Positions 59,371 to 64,000 of a DNA stretch of 64,000 nucleotides are shown here, in pieces. The notes under the pieces were generated by a model. It saw nothing but the letters and a program-made list of their open reading frames with translations. It had not been told where the DNA came from and searched no databases. This DNA comes from an uncultured Chloroflexia bacterium. GTDB lineage: Bacteria; Chloroflexota; Anaerolineae; Anaerolineales; UBA11579. The first letter of the stretch is position 1, and every line of letters begins with the position of its first letter. The position numbers were made by a program, and so were the translations under genes. The stretch covers positions 64,640 to 128,639 of the forward strand of contig CAWCOT010000006.1 in the NCBI GenBank assembly GCA_963797275.1, read 5' to 3'.

Positions 59371-60675
59371 GTGGATATTACAACAACACTGAAGACGTTA
59401 TATGAAGACAAACTTGTTACGGCTGAAGAAGCTGTTAAAGCCATTCGTTCAGATATGCGCGTGTACTTGGGCGGTGGGGCCGGTGTGCCCCAGGTATTGG
59501 CGCACGCCATGCTCAGCCGCGCCGGTAGGGTGAAGAATGTAGAAGTGGTGCACGTTCTCGCTTTTGCCGGAGGCGATTATCTGGCCCCCGAATACGCAGA
59601 CAGTTTCCGTCACCGAGCGTTGTTCACGGGCGAAAATGCTCGCGAAGCCATCAATTCGGGGCGTGCTGATTATGTGCCGATTTTCCTCTCGGAGGCCCCC
59701 GGGCTGTTCACTGAGGGCGTGCTCCCAGTTGATGTGGCCCTGATCCAGGTTTCGCCGCCAGACTCGCACGGTTTCTGCTCCTATGGCGTGGAAGTGGGCG
59801 TGACCAAGCCGGCAGCCGAAAGCGCCAAGTTGATCATCGCCGAGGTCAATCCCAAGATGCCGCGCACTATGGGTGATTGTTTCATTCACCTGAGCCGCAT
59901 CGACCAAATCGTCGAAGTGGACTATGACCTGCCTGAAGTTGTAATGACCAAAAGCATCACCGAAGAGCAAATGCACATCGCCGAATTGGTGGCCGATTTG
60001 GTTCCCGATGAGGCCACGCTGCAGCTAGGCATCGGGGCGCTACCCAATGCAGTGCTGTCCAAGTTGGATGGGAAACGCGACTTAGGCATCCACAGCGAAC
60101 TTTTCTCGGATGGCGTCATCGACATGGTGGAACGCGGTGTAATCACCAATGCAGCCAAGACGCTGCACCCGGGTAAGATCATCGCCGGGTTTGCCTTTGG
60201 TTCGCCTCGTTTCTATGAGTTCCTGCATGACAACGCCATGATCGAAATGCATCCCACCGATTACGTAAATGACCCCTTCATCATCGCCAAGAATGACAAG
60301 ATGATGGCGATCAATTCGGCCATCGAAATAGATCTGACCGGGCAAGTATGCGCGGATTCAATTGGCCCGCGCATCTACAGCGGCATTGGCGGGCAAATGG
60401 ACTTCATTCGTGGGGCGGCGCGCTCCAAGGGGGGGAAACCTATTATCGCCCTACCCTCCACAGCAAACCACAATATCTCGCGTATCGTGCCCAGGCTCAA
60501 GGATAGCGCCGGCGTGGTAACCACACGCGGAGATATCCATTATGTCGTCACGGAATATGGAGTGGCCTCACTGCACGGCAAGAGTTTGCGCGAGCGGGCC
60601 CGCGAACTAATCAGCATCGCCCATCCGGATCATCGGAAAGAACTGCAGCGTTTCGCAGACCAACAAGGCTGGTAG
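59371..60675 (+). CDS. Acetyl-CoA hydrolase/transferase family (4-hydroxybutyrate CoA-transferase-like)
   Basis: LQLGIGALPNAV, ELFSDG and GIGGQMDF(IRGA) motifs. AAAGGAGA RBS before the GTG at 59371; the ORF opens at 59314. Confidence 0.85.
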   Translation: MDITTTLKTLYEDKLVTAEEAVKAIRSDMRVYLGGGAGVPQVLAHAMLSRAGRVKNVEVVHVLAFAGGDYLAPEYADSFRHRALFTGENAREAINSGRADYVPIFLSEAPGLFTEGVLPVDVALIQVSPPDSHGFCSYGVEVGVTKPAAESAKLIIAEVNPKMPRTMGDCFIHLSRIDQIVEVDYDLPEVVMTKSITEEQMHIAELVADLVPDEATLQLGIGALPNAVLSKLDGKRDLGIHSELFSDGVIDMVERGVITNAAKTLHPGKIIAGFAFGSPRFYEFLHDNAMIEMHPTDYVNDPFIIAKNDKMMAINSAIEIDLTGQVCADSIGPRIYSGIGGQMDFIRGAARSKGGKPIIALPSTANHNISRIVPRLKDSAGVVTTRGDIHYVVTEYGVASLHGKSLRERARELISIAHPDHRKELQRFADQQGW

Positions 60676-60679
60676 AGGA

Positions 60680-62065
60680 TTAATTCTGGGAGGCGGGAAC
60701 TTTTTCGGGGGCGGCCACTGAGACGCTCAAATTGATACGCGTCCCTTTCCCGGGTTGGGACCAAATATTGATATCGGCATTGAGGATGTTGGCGCGTTCG
60801 CGAATGTTGCGCAAACCATTCCCACCTGCATCGGAAGCGGAGTTCATTTCAAAGCCGACACCATCATCGTCGATACTGAGTTGAACCCGATCCCCTTCGC
60901 GTTTTAGGGCCAAATCTACATTACGAGCATAAGCGTGCTTGCGAATATTATTTAGCGATTCCTGCACGATATAAACCATTTCGTCCGTTTGGTTTTCATC
61001 CAGGCCCAGTCCTCCCGCTTTTTCTGGAGGAGTATACGTTACGGTCATAAGCGTATTCGCATGCAGTTCCTGGGCCATTTGCGCCAAGCTGGTGGAAAGA
61101 TCCTGCCCCTGGAAGCGACCCGAACGAAGGCCGAGAATGTAGTTACGCAAGTCGCGCAACACCTGACTTAGGTCTCCAATGGATTGGCTGATATGCTGTT
61201 CAGCCTCTTCGGGCTGAACTTCAATCTTTTGAAGGGCCAGTTGCAATGAAAGACCGGTGGCATACACCTGCTGCATGATGCCATCGTGCAGGGCCATGCC
61301 GAAACGCTCGCGTTCTTGCAGCACGACCAATTCTTGAGTTTTTCGGTACAGCTGAGCGTTTTCGATGGCGATGGCTGCCTGAGTGGCGAATTTTTCCAGC
61401 AGCTGGCAATCTATCTGGTCAAAGTTGATCAGCCGCTCTCCGTCCGCGGAAATCTCATATTTATCGGCTACGTACAGGTTGCCGAATATCTCGCCCTTCG
61501 ACTTGATGGGCACGCCCAGCAGGGACTGCATAGGGGGATGATTGGGCGGAAAGCCAACTGAGCGGGGGTCCTTGCCAATATTGTTGACGATCAAGTTTTC
61601 TCCGCCAGGGTTGAGTACACCAAGTAAGCCGTGTCCTGTCGGTGGGGGGCCAATTCTTTCGCGTTCTTCGTCTGTCACCCCAGAGGTTATAAATTGCAGA
61701 ATTTGGTTGGTTTCCTGGTCGGCGACACCCAGGGCGCCGTATTTGGCGTCCAGCAGTTCACGGCTGAGATGCACCACTTTTTGGAGCACCTCCTGCAAAT
61801 CCAGCTCCATAGTCAGTGCCAGGGCGGCCTGGTGCAGAGCTTCCAAATTCTCATTGGCCTCGCGGATTTCTTCTTCACGACGATCAATTACATTAAATAT
61901 GATGACGGAGAAGGTTATCGAGCCAAGCGCGACGGCCAGGATGGCAAAAAGGTTGCCTTCCAATGTATATTCATTGGGAACGAGGTTAAACCGAATATAG
62001 AGGATGCCGGCCATAAATAGGCTGGGCAGGAGGACGGCGATCCATTTGAGTCGATGAGTTGTCAT
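60680..62065 (-). CDS. Membrane-anchored GAF sensor histidine kinase (HisKA_3 type)
   Basis: Two N-terminal TM helices, a GAF region, the RFGMALHDGIMQQV H-box, and an HATPase region (DDDGVGF, GNGLRNIRER). Confidence 0.85.
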   Translation of the reverse strand: MTTHRLKWIAVLLPSLFMAGILYIRFNLVPNEYTLEGNLFAILAVALGSITFSVIIFNVIDRREEEIREANENLEALHQAALALTMELDLQEVLQKVVHLSRELLDAKYGALGVADQETNQILQFITSGVTDEERERIGPPPTGHGLLGVLNPGGENLIVNNIGKDPRSVGFPPNHPPMQSLLGVPIKSKGEIFGNLYVADKYEISADGERLINFDQIDCQLLEKFATQAAIAIENAQLYRKTQELVVLQERERFGMALHDGIMQQVYATGLSLQLALQKIEVQPEEAEQHISQSIGDLSQVLRDLRNYILGLRSGRFQGQDLSTSLAQMAQELHANTLMTVTYTPPEKAGGLGLDENQTDEMVYIVQESLNNIRKHAYARNVDLALKREGDRVQLSIDDDGVGFEMNSASDAGGNGLRNIRERANILNADINIWSQPGKGTRINLSVSVAAPEKVPASQN

Positions 62066-62128
62066 AACAAAAGGACCCACATGCTATAATTGCAAAACAT
62101 TATACATGTCGCCAAATCGAAAAAACCT

Positions 62129-62788
62129 ATGTTAAAAATCCTTCTAGTGGACGACCATGAAGTAGTACGCTTGGGCCTAAAATCGCTGCTCTCGAGCTAC
62201 ACCAAGTTCGAGGTGGTAGCCGAAGCAGGCACCGCGGACGAAGCCATTCGCCTGGCTGAAGAATACAAGCCAGACGTAGTAGTGATGGATATCCGCCTGC
62301 CAGGAAAAAGTGGTATTGAAGCCACTCGCGAGATCACGGGTAAGCGCCCCAAAACCAAGGTGATCATGCTGACCACCTTCGCCGATGATGAATTATTGTT
62401 CGACGCCATCTCGGCTGGGGCTTCCGGTTACGTGCTCAAGCAAATTGACAGCGGGGAATTGATTAATGCGCTGGAACGCATTGGGCGCGGCGAATCGCTG
62501 CTGGACCCGGCGGTTACCCAGCAAGTGTTCAAGCGTATGCGCGAGAGCACACGTAAGGCCGAAACCGAGGCTTTTTCACCGCTAACCGAGCAGGAATTAC
62601 GCGTACTCACTTTGGTAGCCCAAGGGAAACGCAATAAAGAGATCGCCGCGCAAGTCTTTTTGAGCGAAAAAACGGTGCGCAACTACGTCAGCTCTATTCT
62701 GAGCAAATTAGGCCTGGCAACTCGCGCCGAAGCCGCCGGATATGCGGTAAAACATCGTATCGAGAATTTTGCTCCTGAGGAGAAATAG
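62129..62788 (+). CDS. NarL/FixJ (LuxR)-family response regulator
   Basis: [16 protein letters not shown] receiver, VVMDIRLPG, and the LuxR HTH ([17 protein letters not shown]). Confidence 0.9.
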   Translation: MLKILLVDDHEVVRLGLKSLLSSYTKFEVVAEAGTADEAIRLAEEYKPDVVVMDIRLPGKSGIEATREITGKRPKTKVIMLTTFADDELLFDAISAGASGYVLKQIDSGELINALERIGRGESLLDPAVTQQVFKRMRESTRKAETEAFSPLTEQELRVLTLVAQGKRNKEIAAQVFLSEKTVRNYVSSILSKLGLATRAEAAGYAVKHRIENFAPEEK

Positions 62789-62798
62789 GGAGTTTTAT

Positions 62799-63182
62799 AT
62801 GGAAAGTCTATGGATTGTACGCCTTGCGGTGAACGCGGTCGCCCTATATGCGGCGATTTATTTCGTACCCGGGCTGCAAGCTGCCGTACCCGACAACCAG
62901 AGTTGGGTCACTTACGTCGTTTTGGCATTGATCTTCGGATTGGTGAACCTATTCATCCGGCCCATTCTAAAGCTAGTGACCTGCCCCTTTTACATCCTCA
63001 CTCTGGGCCTGTTCAGCCTGATCGTCAACACATTGCTGTTTATGCTGACTTTCTGGATTGGCGCCCAGTTCAACATCACCAGCACCATCAGCAATTGGGT
63101 GGACGCCTTCTTGGGGGCGATCATCGTGAGTATCGTCAGCATGCTGCTTTACGCCGTCATCCCGGATGGCAAGCGCGCTTAG
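62799..63182 (+). CDS. DUF360 / phage-holin-4_2-family membrane protein
   Basis: IVRLAVNAVALYAAIYFVPGL and three further helices, typical of the family. Confidence 0.6.
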   Translation: MESLWIVRLAVNAVALYAAIYFVPGLQAAVPDNQSWVTYVVLALIFGLVNLFIRPILKLVTCPFYILTLGLFSLIVNTLLFMLTFWIGAQFNITSTISNWVDAFLGAIIVSIVSMLLYAVIPDGKRA

Positions 63183-63206
63183 CGTGTTTGCTCCTAGCTG
63201 AGAAAA

Positions 63207-63237
63207 CAAAAGCCCCGCCAAATGGCGGGGCTTTTTT
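63207..63237. terminator. Bidirectional terminator
   Basis: aAAAGCCCCGCCaaatGGCGGGGCTTTttt. Confidence 0.75.
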
Positions 63238-63251
63238 GAATTCAAGTAGGG

Positions 63252-64000
63252 CTACTTTTTGGCTTCCAGAAACTCGTCAATGGCGGCCAGCAATTCCCTC
63301 ACATCGCTGGTGCCCAACTCCCCCATGTGCCCGATGCGGAAAGTCTTGCCCTTTAGGGGACCGTAGCCGTTGGCGATGCGCATGCCGCGTTCCCCCAAGA
63401 AAGCATTGAGTTTGGAGATATCAATCTCTAGTGTGTTCTCCACCGTGGTAACAGTCTTAGAACGATAACCCTCAGGAGCGAATAAACGGAAGCCCCGCTG
63501 CAATGCCCACTTCCCGGTCATATCCGCCATGGCGGCGTGCCGCGCAAAACGCGCCTCAAGACCCTCTGCCTGGATGCGCTGCAACTGGGCATCCAGAGCA
63601 TAGATCAGGCCAATGGCCGGGGTGGCAGGGGTGGAATCCTTGAGGCGGTGCTTCTCCAGGCGCACGATATCGAAATACCAGCCGCGGTTTTGCACCGTCT
63701 CGGCTTTAGCCATGGCACGATCGCTCACCGCCGCCAGCGAAATACCAGGCGGCAGGGCGATGGCTTTCTGCGAGGAGGTGAGCACAAAGTCCAAACCCCA
63801 GGCATCCATCTCAATCCTGTCGCCAGCCAGCGAAGATACCGCATCCACGCAGATCAAAGTGTCGGGGTTGACCTCACGTACAGCGGCGGCAATATCCTCG
63901 ACGGGGTTAACCAAGCCGGTGGATGTTTCATTGTGCACCAGCAAAATGATCTCGAAATTACCCTTTTTTAATGCCTCACGCACCAACTCAGGGGTAATGG
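63252..64000 (-). CDS. Class V PLP aminotransferase (serine-pyruvate/alanine-glyoxylate type), C-terminal part; 5' end outside window
   Basis: LLVHNETSTG, SSQKAIALPPG (PLP-Lys region) and FRIGHMG. The frame is open to the window end. Confidence 0.8.
   Translation of the reverse strand, partial: ITPELVREALKKGNFEIILLVHNETSTGLVNPVEDIAAAVREVNPDTLICVDAVSSLAGDRIEMDAWGLDFVLTSSQKAIALPPGISLAAVSDRAMAKAETVQNRGWYFDIVRLEKHRLKDSTPATPAIGLIYALDAQLQRIQAEGLEARFARHAAMADMTGKWALQRGFRLFAPEGYRSKTVTTVENTLEIDISKLNAFLGERGMRIANGYGPLKGKTFRIGHMGELGTSDVRELLAAIDEFLEAKK

Overview
A 64-kb chromosomal window from a moderately high-GC bacterium. Gene content (a bacterial Elp3, a fused GlyQS, an F1-only atpAGDC cluster, many GT-C-type membrane proteins) suggests a Chloroflexota-like lineage, but that is inference only. 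The window is mostly densely packed housekeeping genes. Left to right: dtd, rnhB, nadD, obg, rex, mreB, atpAGDC, yebC-ruvC-ruvA, tRNA-Pro, two LuxR-type two-component systems, a KimA-like K+ transporter, dnaA behind a 675-bp non-coding region, rnhA, a tRNA-Phe/Gly/Cys cluster, recO, fused glyQS and CoA-related enzymes.

I saw no transposase, integrase, CRISPR array or recognisable defence genes. The candidates most worth follow-up are:
1. A YkoEDC-type ECF transporter operon that ends in a ChuX/HutX-like haem-binding protein instead of YkoF and has no TPP riboswitch (33986-38073).
2. A second ECF module translationally coupled to a PfkB kinase and an alkaline-phosphatase-superfamily enzyme (40167-45471).
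3. A bacterial Elp3 next to a Trm9-like methyltransferase (46465-49381).
4. A lipoprotein / polytopic membrane / GT-C / SH3b-lipoprotein envelope module (26823-32016).
5. A low-GC segment carrying a third GT-C protein, lying between tRNA-Pro and a degenerate copy of its 3' half (17945-25403).

Separately, four conserved genes (dtd, obg, the AlkP-family gene, rnhA) are each interrupted by a single-nucleotide frame disruption. This is either a sequence-quality flag or real gene decay. No single undescribed system is certain from sequence alone.
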